Assembly (NCBI GenBank): GCA_963666515.2
Contig: OY762897.2
Span: 3,232,001 to 3,296,000 of the forward strand
DNA length: 64,000 nt
DNA from: Candidatus Binatia bacterium
Lineage (GTDB): Bacteria; Desulfobacterota; Binatia; UBA9968; JAJDTQ01
Reading direction: 5' to 3'
The translations under genes were made by a program, and so were the position numbers. The notes beneath the pieces were generated by a model. It had not been told where the DNA came from, searched no databases, and was given only the letters and a program-made list of their open reading frames with translations. Positions 1-9,717 of the stretch are shown here, piece after piece (the stretch's first letter is position 1; every line of letters starts with the position of its first letter).

Positions 1-334
1 CGACGTCCCAGAGCACGAGCTGCACCGTCACCTTGAGCGGCGCGGCGAAGTTCATGCCCCGCTCGTGACACTCATCGACGTCGTACTTGGGCTCGCCCAG
101 GGCGTAGCTGACGTACTCCAGCGAGGCCGTGTCGTTGAAGTCCTTGATGGGGAACACGGACTTGAACACGGCCTGCAGGCCGATATCCTGCCGCTGGTCT
201 TCGGGGACGTCCCGCTGCAGGAAAAGGTCGTAGGAGTTCTTCTGTATCTCGATGAGATAGGGCAGATCGATGATCTTCTTGATCCGCCCGAAATCCCGGC
301 GCAGTCTCACATTGTTGGCCACCTGGACCGGCAT
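1..334 (-). CDS. rpoB: RNA polymerase beta subunit, 5' part (runs off the window start)
   Basis: Manual translation from ATG at 334: [40 protein letters not shown]...[15 protein letters not shown]...[18 protein letters not shown]. This is a typical RpoB N-terminus and lies downstream of rplL. Confidence 0.96.
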   Translation of the reverse strand, partial: MPVQVANNVRLRRDFGRIKKIIDLPYLIEIQKNSYDLFLQRDVPEDQRQDIGLQAVFKSVFPIKDFNDTASLEYVSYALGEPKYDVDECHERGMNFAAPLKVTVQLVLWDV

Positions 335-384
335 GAGATCCCCTTTCGCTCGACCCTGAGAATGACGCCCGGCGCCGCCGGACA

Positions 385-407
385 GGGCGGCTGCCGGCCG
401 CCCCTGC
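385..407 (-). repeat. REP-like palindrome (GCAG-GGGCGGCCGGCAGCCGCCC)
   Basis: Tetranucleotide plus GGGCG...CGCCC hairpin; variant of the copies at 427, 867, 913 and 22994. Confidence 0.65.
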
Positions 408-426
408 CACTGGCCTCCCCGGACAA

Positions 427-449
427 GGGCGGCCGCGGGTCGCCCCTAC
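427..449 (-). repeat. GTAG-family REP-like palindrome overlapping the rplL stop codon
   Basis: Minus strand GTAGGGGCGACCCGCGGCCGCCC; one mismatch to the copies at 867 and 22994. Confidence 0.75.
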
Positions 450-817
450 TTGACCTCGACGCTGCCGCCGACCTCTTCGATCTTGTTCTTGACCTCCTCG
501 GCCTCGTCCTTCGAGACGCCTTCCTTGACGTTCTTCGGAGCGCCGTCCACCAGGTCCTTGGCCTCCTTCAGACCCAGGCCCGTGATCTCCCGCACCACCT
601 TGATGACCTGGATCTTCTTCTCGCCGGAACTGGTCAGCACGGCGTCGAACTCGGTCTGCTCCTCGGCCGCCGCGGCGGCAACCGGCGTCGCGGCCACGGC
701 GACGGGCGCCGCGGCGCTGACCCCCAGCTCTTCTTCCAGCTCCTTGACCAGGCTGGCGGCCTCCAGCAGGGACATGTTCTTGATGAAATCCTTGACTTGC
801 TCCCGACTCACTTCCAT
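446..817 (-). CDS. rplL: 50S ribosomal protein L7/L12
   Basis: [10 protein letters not shown]...[29 protein letters not shown] motif; operon position. Confidence 0.98.
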   Translation of the reverse strand: MEVSREQVKDFIKNMSLLEAASLVKELEEELGVSAAAPVAVAATPVAAAAAEEQTEFDAVLTSSGEKKIQVIKVVREITGLGLKEAKDLVDGAPKNVKEGVSKDEAEEVKNKIEEVGGSVEVK

Positions 818-866
818 TGGTGGATTCCCCCTTCTACCGTCGTTGTCTACGGATCGAACTTCAGGG

Positions 867-935
867 GGGCGACCGCGGGTCGCCCCTACACATACGCCAG
901 CGATGACCCCATGCAGGGGCGACCCGCGGTCGCCC
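867..935. repeat. Inverted pair of REP-like palindromes between rplJ and rplL
   Basis: 867-889 is GGGCGACCGCGGGTCGCCCCTAC and 913-935 is GCAGGGGCGACCCGCGGTCGCCC; they are near reverse complements. Confidence 0.8.
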
Positions 936-1450
936 TAGCCCTTGCTCTCCTCGATTGCGCCGAGCAGACGCACCAGTTGGCTGCCCGGCTCCTGGATGGT
1001 CCGCAGCAACCGGCCGGCCGGCGCCTGCATCAGCGACAGCACCTGCGCCTGCAACTCGGGCAGGCTCGGCAGCGCGGCCAGCCCCTTGACCTGCACCGGT
1101 TCCAGCAGCGTTCCGTCCAGGACCGCGCCCTTGATGGTCAGGTCGTCGTTGTCGTCCGCGAACTTGACCAGCGCCTTGGACAGGCCCACCGGATCGTCGT
1201 AGGCGAACACCCAGCCGTTGGGGCCGGTGAGGAAGTCCTCCAGAGCCTGATACGCCGTGTCCTTGATGGCCAGCCGCACCAGGTTGTTCTTGGCGATCTT
1301 GTATTCCCCGGCCGCCTCGCGGACGTCGCAACGAAGCTGCGTCATCTTGCTGACGGACAGCCCCCGGTAGTCGGTCACCACCGCCATGGTGGCGGTGCGG
1401 AACCTGTCCTGGAAGGCGTCGACGACGGCCGATTTTTCCTGACGATCCAC
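935..1450 (-). CDS. rplJ: 50S ribosomal protein L10
   Basis: DYRGLSV...KNNLVRLA...GP...LAALPS motifs. GTG at 1450 is preferred because GGAG lies upstream; the alternative start is TTG 1462. Confidence 0.96.
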   Translation of the reverse strand: MDRQEKSAVVDAFQDRFRTATMAVVTDYRGLSVSKMTQLRCDVREAAGEYKIAKNNLVRLAIKDTAYQALEDFLTGPNGWVFAYDDPVGLSKALVKFADDNDDLTIKGAVLDGTLLEPVQVKGLAALPSLPELQAQVLSLMQAPAGRLLRTIQEPGSQLVRLLGAIEESKG

Positions 1451-1479
1451 GCTGTTCTCCAATCAATGCCGCGCCCGGT

Positions 1480-2184
1480 TCACACCGCCATGACGCGCAC
1501 TTCCGCCGGGTCGATCCGCACGCCCGGTCCCATGGTCGCGGCCACCGCCACGCTCCTGATGTAGGTCCCCTTGGCCGCCGCGGGCTTGGCGCGCAGCAGC
1601 GCGCCCACCACCGCCTTGGCGTTGTCCAGCAGCTTGTCGGCCTCGAACGACACCTTGCCGATGGGCAGGTGCACGATGCCCGCCTTGTCCACCCGGTACT
1701 CCAGCCTGCCCGCCTTGATCTCCGTGACCGCCTTGCCGATCTCCGCGGCCACGGTGCCGGAGCGCGGGTTCGGCATCAGGCCCCGGGGGCCGAGGATCTT
1801 GCCGATGCGGCCGACCGCGCCCATCATGTCGGGCGTGGCCACCACCTTGTCGAAGTCGAGCCAGCCCTCGGTGATCTTCTTGATCAGCTCGTCGTTGCCG
1901 ACGAACTCGGCGCCGGCCTCCTCGGCCTCCTTCTCCTTCTCGCCCTTGGCGAACGCCAGCACCCGGACCGGCTTGCCGAGGCCGTGGGGCAGCCCCACCG
2001 CGCCGCGGATGTTCTGGTCCGCCCGGCGCGGGTCGACGCCGAGCCGGACCGACAACTCGACCGTCTCGTCGAATTTCGCCGTAGCGGTGTCCTTGACCAT
2101 TCGTATCCCCTCTTCCAGAGGATACTTCCGGGCCTTGTCCACCTTTTCCGCGACTCCCTGGTACTTCTTGCCTTTCGCTCTCAT
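1480..2184 (-). CDS. rplA: 50S ribosomal protein L1
   Basis: AKFDETVE...LPHGLGK...[10 protein letters not shown]...GRLEYRVDK. Confidence 0.98.
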   Translation of the reverse strand: MRAKGKKYQGVAEKVDKARKYPLEEGIRMVKDTATAKFDETVELSVRLGVDPRRADQNIRGAVGLPHGLGKPVRVLAFAKGEKEKEAEEAGAEFVGNDELIKKITEGWLDFDKVVATPDMMGAVGRIGKILGPRGLMPNPRSGTVAAEIGKAVTEIKAGRLEYRVDKAGIVHLPIGKVSFEADKLLDNAKAVVGALLRAKPAAAKGTYIRSVAVAATMGPGVRIDPAEVRVMAV

Positions 2185-2202
2185 GACAGCCCCCGCGCCC
2201 GA

Positions 2203-2625
2203 TCAGACGACCTTGAGCCCGAGACTCCGGGCCGTGCCCTCGACGGTCTTGACCGCGGCCTCGATGCTGGCGCTGGTCAGATCGGGCATCTTGACTTGGG
2301 CGATCTCCAGAACCTGCGCCTTCGTCACCTGCCCTTTCGTTTCCTTGCCCGGCTCCGCCGCACCCTTGTCGAGCCCGGCCGCCTTCTTCAGCAGCACCGC
2401 GGCCGGAGGGGTCTTGGTGATGAAGCTGAAGGAGCGGTCGGCGTAGACGGTGATGATGACCGGGATGATCATGCCCTGCTCGTTCTGCGTCGTCGCGTTG
2501 AAGTTCTTGCAGAACTCCATGATGTTCACGCCCCGCTGACCCAGGGCCGGGCCCACCGGCGGGCTGGGGTTCGCCTGCCCCGCGGGTATCTGCAACTTGA
2601 TCTCGCCGATCACCTTCTTGGCCAT
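2203..2625 (-). CDS. rplK: 50S ribosomal protein L11
   Basis: [23 protein letters not shown]. Confidence 0.98.
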   Translation of the reverse strand: MAKKVIGEIKLQIPAGQANPSPPVGPALGQRGVNIMEFCKNFNATTQNEQGMIIPVIITVYADRSFSFITKTPPAAVLLKKAAGLDKGAAEPGKETKGQVTKAQVLEIAQVKMPDLTSASIEAAVKTVEGTARSLGLKVV

Positions 2626-2665
2626 GGTTCCGTGTCCTGTCCCTCTGGTTCACGCGATAGCCGGT

Positions 2666-3199
2666 CTAGCTCCGCTCCACCTGAATGAAATCCAGCTCCA
2701 CCGGAGTCGCCCGGCCGAAGATGCTGATCAGCACCCGCAGCTTGCCCTTGTCGGGCTTGACTTCCTCGACCACGCCGTTGAACTCGGAGAAGGGTCCGTC
2801 GATGACCTTGACGCTCTCGCCCACCGAGAAGACCACCCGGGGCCGCGGCCGCACCGCGCCTTCCTCCATCTGGTGCGTGATCGCCCGCACCTCCTCCTCG
2901 CTCACCCACGGCGGCTGCGTGCTGCCGCCGACGAACCCGGTCACCTTGGGAGTGGACTTGACGACGTGCCAAGTCTCGTCGTCCATCACCATTTGAACCA
3001 GGATGTAGCCCGGAAAGAACTTTCGCGACGACGTCCGCTTCTTGCCTTTCACCAGTTCGACGACCTTCTCGGCCGGCACGAGGATCTCGCCGAACCGGTC
3101 GCCGTTGCCCTTCAACACCTTGATCCGCTCCTCCAGAGCGGCCTTGGCCTTGTGCTCGAACCCGGCGAAGGTGTGGACGACGTACCAGTGCTTTTCCAT
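2666..3199 (-). CDS. nusG: Transcription termination/antitermination factor NusG
   Basis: WYVVHT...FFPGYILV...KOW (GESVKVIDGPF)...IFGRATPVEL. Confidence 0.98.
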   Translation of the reverse strand: MEKHWYVVHTFAGFEHKAKAALEERIKVLKGNGDRFGEILVPAEKVVELVKGKKRTSSRKFFPGYILVQMVMDDETWHVVKSTPKVTGFVGGSTQPPWVSEEEVRAITHQMEEGAVRPRPRVVFSVGESVKVIDGPFSEFNGVVEEVKPDKGKLRVLISIFGRATPVELDFIQVERS

Positions 3200-3215
3200 G
3201 GGATACCCGGTTGCC

Positions 3216-3428
3216 TCAGCGCAGCAGCCACTGTCTCGCGTACGAAAGCAGGAAATCGACCAGGCCGAGATAGATGGCGAAGAAAATCACCACCAGCACC
3301 ACCACCCCCGTTGCCGCGTAGGTCTCCCGCCGGGTCGGCCAGTGCACCCGCTTCAACTCCTGCCAGGCTTCGCGAACGAAGTCGGTCAGCCGCCCCACGG
3401 AGGCGAACGAATCAGTGAGCTTTTCCAT
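3216..3428 (-). CDS. secE: Preprotein translocase subunit SecE
   Basis: ELKRVHWPTRRET followed by a single TM helix; lies between tRNA-Trp and nusG. Confidence 0.95.
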   Translation of the reverse strand: MEKLTDSFASVGRLTDFVREAWQELKRVHWPTRRETYAATGVVVLVVIFFAIYLGLVDFLLSYARQWLLR

Positions 3429-3442
3429 CGCCGGCGATGAGC

Positions 3443-3519
3443 TGGCGGGTCAGGCAGGACTCGAACCTGCAACAGCCGGATTTGGAGTCCGGTGCTCTAC
3501 CAATTGGAGCTACTGACCC
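3443..3519 (-). tRNA. tRNA-Trp (CCA)
   Basis: Cloverleaf GGGTCAG...CTGACCC-G-CCA; anticodon arm CCGGA-CT-CCA-AA-TCCGG. Confidence 0.96.
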
Positions 3520-3531
3520 GGCTCCGCTGAA

Positions 3532-3684
3532 TCAGACCCGGATTTCCTTGTGCGCCGTGTGGGTGCGGCAACGACCACAGAACTTCTTGAACTCGAGCTT
3601 GTCCGCTGTTCTCTTCTTGTTCTTGGTCGTGGTGTAGTTCTTCCGCTTGCAGCGGTCGCAGGCCAGCCCAACCAGATCACGCAT
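3532..3684 (-). CDS. rpmG: 50S ribosomal protein L33 (zinc-binding C+ form, 50 aa; not in the ORF track)
   Basis: Manual translation [50 protein letters not shown]. Confidence 0.95.
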   Translation of the reverse strand: MRDLVGLACDRCKRKNYTTTKNKKRTADKLEFKKFCGRCRTHTAHKEIRV

Positions 3685-3698
3685 CTCTCACCCCCAGC

Positions 3699-4889
3699 TT
3701 ACTGGACGATCTCGGTCACGACCCCGGCGCCGACGGTGCGGCCGCCTTCGCGGATGGCGAAGCGCAGGCCGTCGTCCATGGCGATGGGGGTGATGAGATC
3801 GACGTCGATGTGAACGTTGTCGCCGGGCATGATCATCTCGGTGCCCTCGGGCAGCGTGGCCACGCCGGTGACGTCGGTGGTGCGGAAGTAGAACTGCGGG
3901 CGATAGCCGTTGAAGAACGGGGTGTGCCGGCCGCCCTCTTCCTTGGTCAGGATGTACGCCTCGGCCTTGAACTTGGTGTGCGGGGTGACCGTCTTGGGCT
4001 TCGCCAGCACCTGGCCGCGCTCCACCTCGTCGCGCTTGATGCCTCGCAGCAGCACGCCGATGTTGTCGCCCGCCTGTCCCTCGTCGAGCAGCTTGCGGAA
4101 CATCTCGACGCCCGTGGCCACCGTCTTCTGGGTCTCCTTCAGGCCGACGATCTCCACCTCGTCGCCGACGTGCAGGATGCCCCGCTCCACCCGGCCGGTC
4201 ACCACGGTGCCGCGGCCGCTGATGGTGAAGACGTCCTCCACCGGCATGATGAACGGCTTGTCCACGTCCCGCATGGGGTCGGGAACGTAGCTGTCCACCG
4301 CGTCCATCAACGCGGTGATCGAGTCGGTGCCCAACTCGCCACCCTCTCCCTCGAGGGCCTTGAGCGCGCTGCCGGTGATGACCGGGATGTCGTCGCCCGG
4401 GAACTGGTACTTGGAGAGCAGCTCCCTCACCTCCAGCTCCACCAACTCCAGCAGCTCGGGGTCGTCCACCATGTCGGCCTTGTTGAGATAGACCACGATG
4501 GAGGGAACGCCGACCTGGCGGGCCAGCAGGATGTGCTCGCGGGTCTGCGGCATCGGGCCGTCGGCCGCGGACACCACCAGGATCGCGCCGTCCATCTGGG
4601 CGGCGCCGGTGATCATGTTCTTCACGTAGTCCGCGTGTCCCGGGCAGTCCACGTGGGCGTAGTGGCGCTTGTCGGTCTGGTACTCGACGTGGGCGATGTT
4701 GATGGTGACGCCCCGCTCCCGCTCCTCCGGCGCCTTGTCGATCTGGTCGAAGGGCACGAAATCCGCCGACCCCCGTTCCGCCAGCACCTTCGTGATCGCC
4801 GCGGTCAAGGTCGTCTTGCCGTGGTCCACATGGCCGATGGTGCCGATGTTGAGGTGTGGTTTCGTACGCTCGAATTTTGCCTTGCTCAT
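3699..4889 (-). CDS. tuf: Elongation factor Tu (396 aa)
   Basis: [12 protein letters not shown]...GHVDHGKT...DCPGH...NKAD; true start is ATG 4889 with AGGAG upstream. Confidence 0.99.
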   Translation of the reverse strand: MSKAKFERTKPHLNIGTIGHVDHGKTTLTAAITKVLAERGSADFVPFDQIDKAPEERERGVTINIAHVEYQTDKRHYAHVDCPGHADYVKNMITGAAQMDGAILVVSAADGPMPQTREHILLARQVGVPSIVVYLNKADMVDDPELLELVELEVRELLSKYQFPGDDIPVITGSALKALEGEGGELGTDSITALMDAVDSYVPDPMRDVDKPFIMPVEDVFTISGRGTVVTGRVERGILHVGDEVEIVGLKETQKTVATGVEMFRKLLDEGQAGDNIGVLLRGIKRDEVERGQVLAKPKTVTPHTKFKAEAYILTKEEGGRHTPFFNGYRPQFYFRTTDVTGVATLPEGTEMIMPGDNVHIDVDLITPIAMDDGLRFAIREGGRTVGAGVVTEIVQ

Positions 4890-4943
4890 CTTCTCCTCCT
4901 GTGGATCCCTCTCCGTTGGTTTCAATCCTTTACAAACAGGCAA

Positions 4944-5016
4944 AGCCCAGGAGCGGGCTTGAACCGCCGACCTCGTCCTTACCAAGGACGTGCTCTACCG
5001 ACTGAGCTACCTGGGC
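4944..5016 (-). tRNA. tRNA-Thr (GGT), CCA not encoded
   Basis: GCCCAGG...CCTGGGC-T; anticodon arm CGTCC-TT-GGT-AA-GGACG. Confidence 0.95.
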
Positions 5017-5101
5017 ATGGGGTCACGTGGCGGAAGACGGTCTCCGAAGGCGCTCTCGCGGAACGGGCCGCTTCCCACGGACATTCGGACCACTGATTCT
5101 G

Positions 5102-5178
5102 TGGAGCGGGAAACGGGATTCGAACCCGCGACCCCGAGCTTGGAAGGCTCGTGCTCTAGCCAACTGAGCTATTCCCGC
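5102..5178 (-). tRNA. tRNA-Gly (TCC)
   Basis: GCGGGAA...TTCCCGC-T-CCA; anticodon arm CGAGC-CT-TCC-AA-GCTCG. Confidence 0.96.
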
Positions 5179-5212
5179 AAATGATTCCTTCGCTCCAGAG
5201 TCCTGCAACTGA

Positions 5213-5298
5213 TGGTGGAGAGGGGAGGATTCGAACCTCCGAAGCCGATCGGCGGCAGATTTACAGTCTGCTCCCTTTGTCCACTCGGGAACCTCTCC
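5213..5298 (-). tRNA. tRNA-Tyr (GTA)
   Basis: GGAGAGG...CCTCTCC-A-CCA; anticodon arm GCAGA-CT-GTA-AA-TCTGC; long variable arm. Confidence 0.96.
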
Positions 5299-5328
5299 CT
5301 GATTTTCTGGCCGGACAGATCGCTCACG

Positions 5329-5403
5329 TGGAGCTGGCGATAGGATTTGAACCTACAACCTGCTGATTACAAATCAGCTGCTCTACCGTTGAGCTACGCC
5401 AGC
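5329..5403 (-). tRNA. tRNA-Thr (TGT)
   Basis: GCTGGCG...CGCCAGC-T-CCA; anticodon arm GCTGA-TT-TGT-AA-TCAGC. Fits the classic thrU-tyrU-glyT-thrT-tuf order. Confidence 0.96.
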
Positions 5404-5491
5404 GGATCACCCTGCGTCCGGGAACAAAAAGCCACACCTACCCTGTCCCTCGTTATTGAAACAGGGCAAAGATTGGCTACGGATTCCCGAA

Positions 5492-5521
5492 ATTTTAAGC
5501 ATCTGACGGAGGAAATGTCAA
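5492..5521 (-). promoter_or_regulatory. Sigma70-type promoter of the tRNA-tuf operon
   Basis: TTGACA-18 nt-TAAAAT on the minus strand; the -35 box overlaps the rlmB stop codon. Confidence 0.7.
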
Positions 5522-6339
5522 CGGGGCCGGCCGGGAACCGCGGAAAATCGTTGCCGCGCCAGTTCGTACACGAACATGCCCCAGGCCACGCCGACGTTCA
5601 GCGAGCCGACCCGGCCCGCCATGGGGATGGAGACCAGGTGGTCGCAGCTTCGCCGGATCAGCGGCCGGATGCCCCGTTCCTCGCCGCCCAGCACCACGGC
5701 CAACTTTTCCGGATAGACGAGGTCGCAGGCCCGGTTCTCCGCCTGGGCGTCGAGCCCCACCACCCAGTAGCCCCGATCCCGCAACGCCGTCAGCCCGCGG
5801 TGGAGGTTCGGGACGCGGTAAAGCTCGACGTGGTGGACAGCCCCCGCGGAGGCCTTGGTCACGGCACCCGTGACCCCCGCGGCGCGGTCCTTCGGAATGA
5901 CCACGCGCCCCACCCCCATGGCCTCGCAGGTGCGCAGGATGCCGCCGAGGTTCCGGGGGTCCACCACCCCGTCCAGAAAGAGCACGCAGTCGGCGCCCGC
6001 CGGTGGCGGGGCGGCAATCAGCGCATCGAACGAGCCGTAGGCGAACGGCGCCACGCGGGCGGCGACGCCCTGGTGCTTCGCCCCCCGGGTCAGGGTGTCC
6101 AGCGCGCGGGCGTCGATCTCCGAGACCCGGCAGCGCTCCCGCCGAGCCGCCTGCTCCACCCCGCGTAGCGCAGGGCCGCGGCTGCCCGGCAGCAGCAGCA
6201 CTTCAACGACTTCGCCGGGCGCCGCCCGGAGCTTCTCCAGCACGGGATGGATACCGTAGACCAGCGCCGGCTTCCGCCGGCGTCTTTCCGGTTCGTGTCC
6301 CGCCCGGCCGGTTCGCGGAGGCTGGATTGAGGAATTCAT
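5518..6339 (-). CDS. rlmB: 23S rRNA (G2251-2'-O)-methyltransferase RlmB
   Basis: VYGIHPV...HQGVAA...LDGVVDPRNLGGILRT...VLGGEERG...SIPMAGRVGSLNV (SPOUT fold); start position uncertain. Confidence 0.92.
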   Translation of the reverse strand: MNSSIQPPRTGRAGHEPERRRRKPALVYGIHPVLEKLRAAPGEVVEVLLLPGSRGPALRGVEQAARRERCRVSEIDARALDTLTRGAKHQGVAARVAPFAYGSFDALIAAPPPAGADCVLFLDGVVDPRNLGGILRTCEAMGVGRVVIPKDRAAGVTGAVTKASAGAVHHVELYRVPNLHRGLTALRDRGYWVVGLDAQAENRACDLVYPEKLAVVLGGEERGIRPLIRRSCDHLVSIPMAGRVGSLNVGVAWGMFVYELARQRFSAVPGRPR

Positions 6340-6355
6340 CAAAGAAGGCTACCAT
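6327..6355 (+). promoter_or_regulatory. Candidate sigma70 promoter of lptFG (possibly leaderless)
   Basis: TTGAGG-17 nt-TACCAT, ending 7 nt before GTG 6363. Confidence 0.45.
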
Positions 6356-6362
6356 TGCCGGT

Positions 6363-7553
6363 GTGCATCGGACCTTGAGCGCCTATGTAGCCGGTCAGAT
6401 CATCCCGCCGTTCCTGGTCGGACTCTTCGCGTTCACGCTGGTGTTCCTCACCGGCCGCATCGTCAAGCTCATCGAGCTGGTCGTCAGCCGCGGAGCGTCT
6501 CCGGGCCAGATGGCCAAGCTGTTCGCGCTCATCCTGCCGACGCTCCTGGAAACGACCCTGCCCATGGCCTTCCTGCTGGGGATCCTGTACGGTTGCGGCC
6601 GCCTCACGCGGGACAACGAGACCCTCGCCTTCAAGGCGTGCGGCGTCGGCCCGATTCACTTCCTGATCCCCGTGGGCCTGGCGGCGCTGGCGGTATCGGC
6701 GCTCGCCCTGGTCCTGTCGGTCTTCGTGAGACCGGCCGCCAACGTCGCGGTCAAGCAGGAGCTTTACTCCATCGCCCGGAGCCGCGCCGGGTCCCTCGTC
6801 AAGGAGCGGGTGTTCAACGATTTCTTTCCCAAGGTGCTGATCTACGTCGACCGGGTGGTCCCCCCGGGGAACGCCTTTCAGGGGGTGCTGATCGTCGACC
6901 AGAGGGACCGGGACGCCGAAAATCTTATCATCGGACGGGTCGCGCTGCTACTTTCCGACACGGACTTCGTCGGCTTGAGGTTGTACGACGGCATGATCCA
7001 TGAGCGGCGGAAGAACCGGGCCGGGTTCAGCCGCACCTCGTTCAGCGTCTACAACCTGCACCTGGAGCTGGACCCGCTGCTCTCGCCGCTGACGCCGGGG
7101 CGGCGGAGCCCCGAGGAGATGTCGCTACGGGAGCTGCGGCAAGCGGTCCGGTCCAGGTCGGCGCGGGGCGAGAGCGCGATCCCGGAAACGATAGAAGTCC
7201 ATCGGCGCTTCGCTTTCCCGTTCGCGCCGCTGGTCTTCGCGCTGCTGGGGGTCGCCATCGTCCTGGCGCCCAGCCGGCCGCGCACGGGGCGCTCTCACGG
7301 AGTGGCCTCGTGCCTGGCTTGGCTGTTCGGCTACTACGCGCTGCTTTCCCTGGGCACGGCCATGGCGGAGACCGGCAGGATCCCGCCGGCCTTGGGGCCG
7401 TGGCTGCCCAACGCCGCAGTGGGGCTCGTCTCGGTCCACCTGTTCGTCAGGACGCTCAAGGAATCACCGTCGCCGTTGGGGCCGGCGGTGGGAGGCCGGC
7501 TTCGAGCCTTGGGCCGAAGGCTCGTGAGGCGGCGCGAGGCCCCGCAGAGATGA
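6363..7553 (+). CDS. lptF: LPS export ABC transporter permease LptF
   Basis: Three N-terminal TM helices, LPMAFLLG...GRLTRDNE...ACG, periplasmic domain, EVHRRFAFP, WLPN; GTG 6363 chosen as start. Confidence 0.88.
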   Translation: MHRTLSAYVAGQIIPPFLVGLFAFTLVFLTGRIVKLIELVVSRGASPGQMAKLFALILPTLLETTLPMAFLLGILYGCGRLTRDNETLAFKACGVGPIHFLIPVGLAALAVSALALVLSVFVRPAANVAVKQELYSIARSRAGSLVKERVFNDFFPKVLIYVDRVVPPGNAFQGVLIVDQRDRDAENLIIGRVALLLSDTDFVGLRLYDGMIHERRKNRAGFSRTSFSVYNLHLELDPLLSPLTPGRRSPEEMSLRELRQAVRSRSARGESAIPETIEVHRRFAFPFAPLVFALLGVAIVLAPSRPRTGRSHGVASCLAWLFGYYALLSLGTAMAETGRIPPALGPWLPNAAVGLVSVHLFVRTLKESPSPLGPAVGGRLRALGRRLVRRREAPQR

Positions 7554-8662
7554 GCCATCCCAAGGGACCCCTTGCGGCTCCGGCGCCGGGAAGCACCCTC
7601 GACCGCTATCTGCTGGCGCTGTTCTCCCGCGTCTTCGCCGGCACTCTCCTGGCCGTCATCCTGTTGCACCTGGCGGGCGACGTCTTCAACCGGGTCGACA
7701 ACCTCATGGGGAGCAGCGCGACGCTCTCGACTTCCGTCCGGTACTTCGTCCACCGGCTGCCCCTGCTGGTCTCCCGCAGCGTCGGCTTTGCCGCGCTGTT
7801 CGCCGCGTTCCTGACCCTGGGCGCGCTGTCGCGGCGGCGCGAGCTGGTGGCCATCCGCGCCTGCGGCCTCAGCCTGCACCGCGTCACCGCGCCCCTGCTC
7901 CTGGCGGCCCTCGGCATCAGCGCCGCCACGTTCTTCTGGAACGAGACCGCGGTGCCCTCCTCCACCAGGAAAGCCAAGCACATCTACGACGTGGAGGTCC
8001 ACGGGAAGGAGCGGCAATCCGTGTTCGGCAACCGGGAGATCTGGATGCGGAGCGACGGCGACTTCATCCGCGCCGACGACTTCGACGCCGAGCGCAATCG
8101 GCTTCGCGGGCTGGTGATCTACCGGCTCACCCCGGAGTTCAAGCTGGACGGGCTCATCGAGACGCCCGCGGCGAGCTGGAACGGCAACCGCTGGGTGCCG
8201 GAGGGAGGCACGGAATGGCGTCTGCTGGAGGGTGGAGGGGTGCGCCGGCGATCCGTGGGGACGACCCTGCCCCTGGATGAGGAGCCCGACGACTTCCGCG
8301 TCTTCGCGCGTTCGCCCGACGAGTTCGGCTACTTCGAGTTGAGGGCGCGCATCGACGACTTGCGGGACAAGGGGGTCGATACGGTGCGGGACACGGTCAA
8401 CCTGCACGCCAAGGTGGCGATTCCGCTGGTCACGCCGCTCACCATTCTCCTGGCGGTGGCGCTGGCGACGAGGCCGGGAAGGAAGGACAGCCTCGTGCTG
8501 AACTTCGGGCTCGCGGTCGCGATAGGATTTTCCTACTGGGTGCTGCTGGGCTTCTGCGTGTCGTTGGGCAAGGCCGGAGCCATGCAGCCCTGGCTTTCCG
8601 CTTGGCTGCCCAACCTGCTGGTGGGTTCGTTCAGCCTGTTCCTGTACACGGGCTCCGAGTGA
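7550..8662 (+). CDS. lptG: LPS export ABC transporter permease LptG
   Basis: LDRYL...LGALSRRRELVAIRACGLS...HAKVAIP...AWLPN; ATGA overlap with lptF. Confidence 0.88.
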   Translation: MSHPKGPLAAPAPGSTLDRYLLALFSRVFAGTLLAVILLHLAGDVFNRVDNLMGSSATLSTSVRYFVHRLPLLVSRSVGFAALFAAFLTLGALSRRRELVAIRACGLSLHRVTAPLLLAALGISAATFFWNETAVPSSTRKAKHIYDVEVHGKERQSVFGNREIWMRSDGDFIRADDFDAERNRLRGLVIYRLTPEFKLDGLIETPAASWNGNRWVPEGGTEWRLLEGGGVRRRSVGTTLPLDEEPDDFRVFARSPDEFGYFELRARIDDLRDKGVDTVRDTVNLHAKVAIPLVTPLTILLAVALATRPGRKDSLVLNFGLAVAIGFSYWVLLGFCVSLGKAGAMQPWLSAWLPNLLVGSFSLFLYTGSE

Positions 8663-8678
8663 GCCCGCGACGAGGGGC

Positions 8679-9071
8679 CTAGCGCTTGGAGAACTGCGGC
8701 CGTTTCCGGGCCTTGTGCCTGCCGTACTTCTTACGCTCCACCGCGCGCGGGTCGCGGGTGACGTAACCGGCCTTCTTCAGCGTGACGCGGTAACCCTCGT
8801 CCACCTGCATCAGCGCCCGGGTGATCCCATGCCGGATGGCGCCGGCCTGACCGGAGATCCCGCCTCCCTTGACGTTGACGACGAGATCGAAGTCACCGAG
8901 GGTGCGGGTCACGTGAAAGGGCTGGCGGACGATCATCCTGGCCGTTTCGCGGCCGAAATAGTCTTCGAGCACCCGGCTGTTGATGCGGATGTCTCCCTTG
9001 CCGCGTCTCAGGTAAACCCGCGCGACCGAGGTCTTCCGCCTGCCGGTCGCGTAAATGAACTCTTCCGCCAT
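8679..9071 (-). CDS. rpsI: 30S ribosomal protein S9
   Basis: [12 protein letters not shown]...[19 protein letters not shown]...QFSKR. Confidence 0.98.
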   Translation of the reverse strand: MAEEFIYATGRRKTSVARVYLRRGKGDIRINSRVLEDYFGRETARMIVRQPFHVTRTLGDFDLVVNVKGGGISGQAGAIRHGITRALMQVDEGYRVTLKKAGYVTRDPRAVERKKYGRHKARKRPQFSKR

Positions 9072-9116
9072 CTTCGTGAACCTGTCCTTGACCGCAACGG
9101 GGTCGAAACCGCCCTG

Positions 9117-9551
9117 CTAGATATCGAGAGGCTCGGGCAACTGTGCTTGGTGCGGGTGCTCCGGGCCGCCGTAGACCTTCAGCTTGTTGAGTTGGCCTCT
9201 TCCGAGCCGGTTCTTCGGCAGCATGCCCTTCACCGCCAAGCGCACCACCGCCTCCGGCTTGCTGGCCCGCATCTGCGGCAGCGTCGCCACCCGCAGGCCG
9301 CCGGGATACCCGGTGTGGCGGTAGTAGAGCTTGTCGGTGTCCTTGGCCCCGGTCAGCTTGACGCGGCTGGCGTTCACCACGATGACGAAGTCGCCCGCGT
9401 CCACGTGTGGGCTGAAGGAGGGCTTGTGCTTTCCTCGCAACACCCGGGCGATCTCGGTCGCCATCCGTCCGAGCACCTTGCCCTCGGCGTCGACGATATA
9501 CCAGCGACGCTGCGCCAGGGACTCCTCCTTTGTCATTTGAACCGTACGCAT
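9117..9551 (-). CDS. rplM: 50S ribosomal protein L13
   Basis: [13 protein letters not shown]...LRGKHKP...GDFVIVVNA...HTGYPGG...GMLPKN; start ATG 9551, since the longer ORF runs through tRNA-Asp. Confidence 0.97.
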   Translation of the reverse strand: MRTVQMTKEESLAQRRWYIVDAEGKVLGRMATEIARVLRGKHKPSFSPHVDAGDFVIVVNASRVKLTGAKDTDKLYYRHTGYPGGLRVATLPQMRASKPEAVVRLAVKGMLPKNRLGRGQLNKLKVYGGPEHPHQAQLPEPLDI

Positions 9552-9561
9552 ATCAAAAATA

Positions 9562-9638
9562 TGGCGGGGCCGACGAGACTCGAACTCGCGACCTCCGGCG
9601 TGACAGGCCGGCGTTCTAACCAGCTGAACTACGACCCC
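9562..9638 (-). tRNA. tRNA-Asp (GTC)
   Basis: GGGGTCG...CGGCCCC-G-CCA; anticodon arm CCGGC-CT-GTC-AC-GCCGG. Confidence 0.96.
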
Positions 9639-9651
9639 GAATGGAAAGAAA

Positions 9652-9680
9652 CGTATAACGGTAATCTTCCGGGAATGCAA
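9652..9680 (-). promoter_or_regulatory. Candidate promoter for tRNA-Asp-rplM-rpsI
   Basis: TTGCAT-17 nt-TATACG, 13 nt upstream of tRNA-Asp. Confidence 0.5.
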
Positions 9681-9717
9681 CACCGGCGGCGCACGCGGAT
9701 CGCCGGCGTGCCGGGAA

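Noticed and set aside
4890-4985. N-terminal extension of Tuf (and similarly RplM 9552-9683)
   Set aside because: These extensions run through tRNA genes; canonical starts lie downstream.
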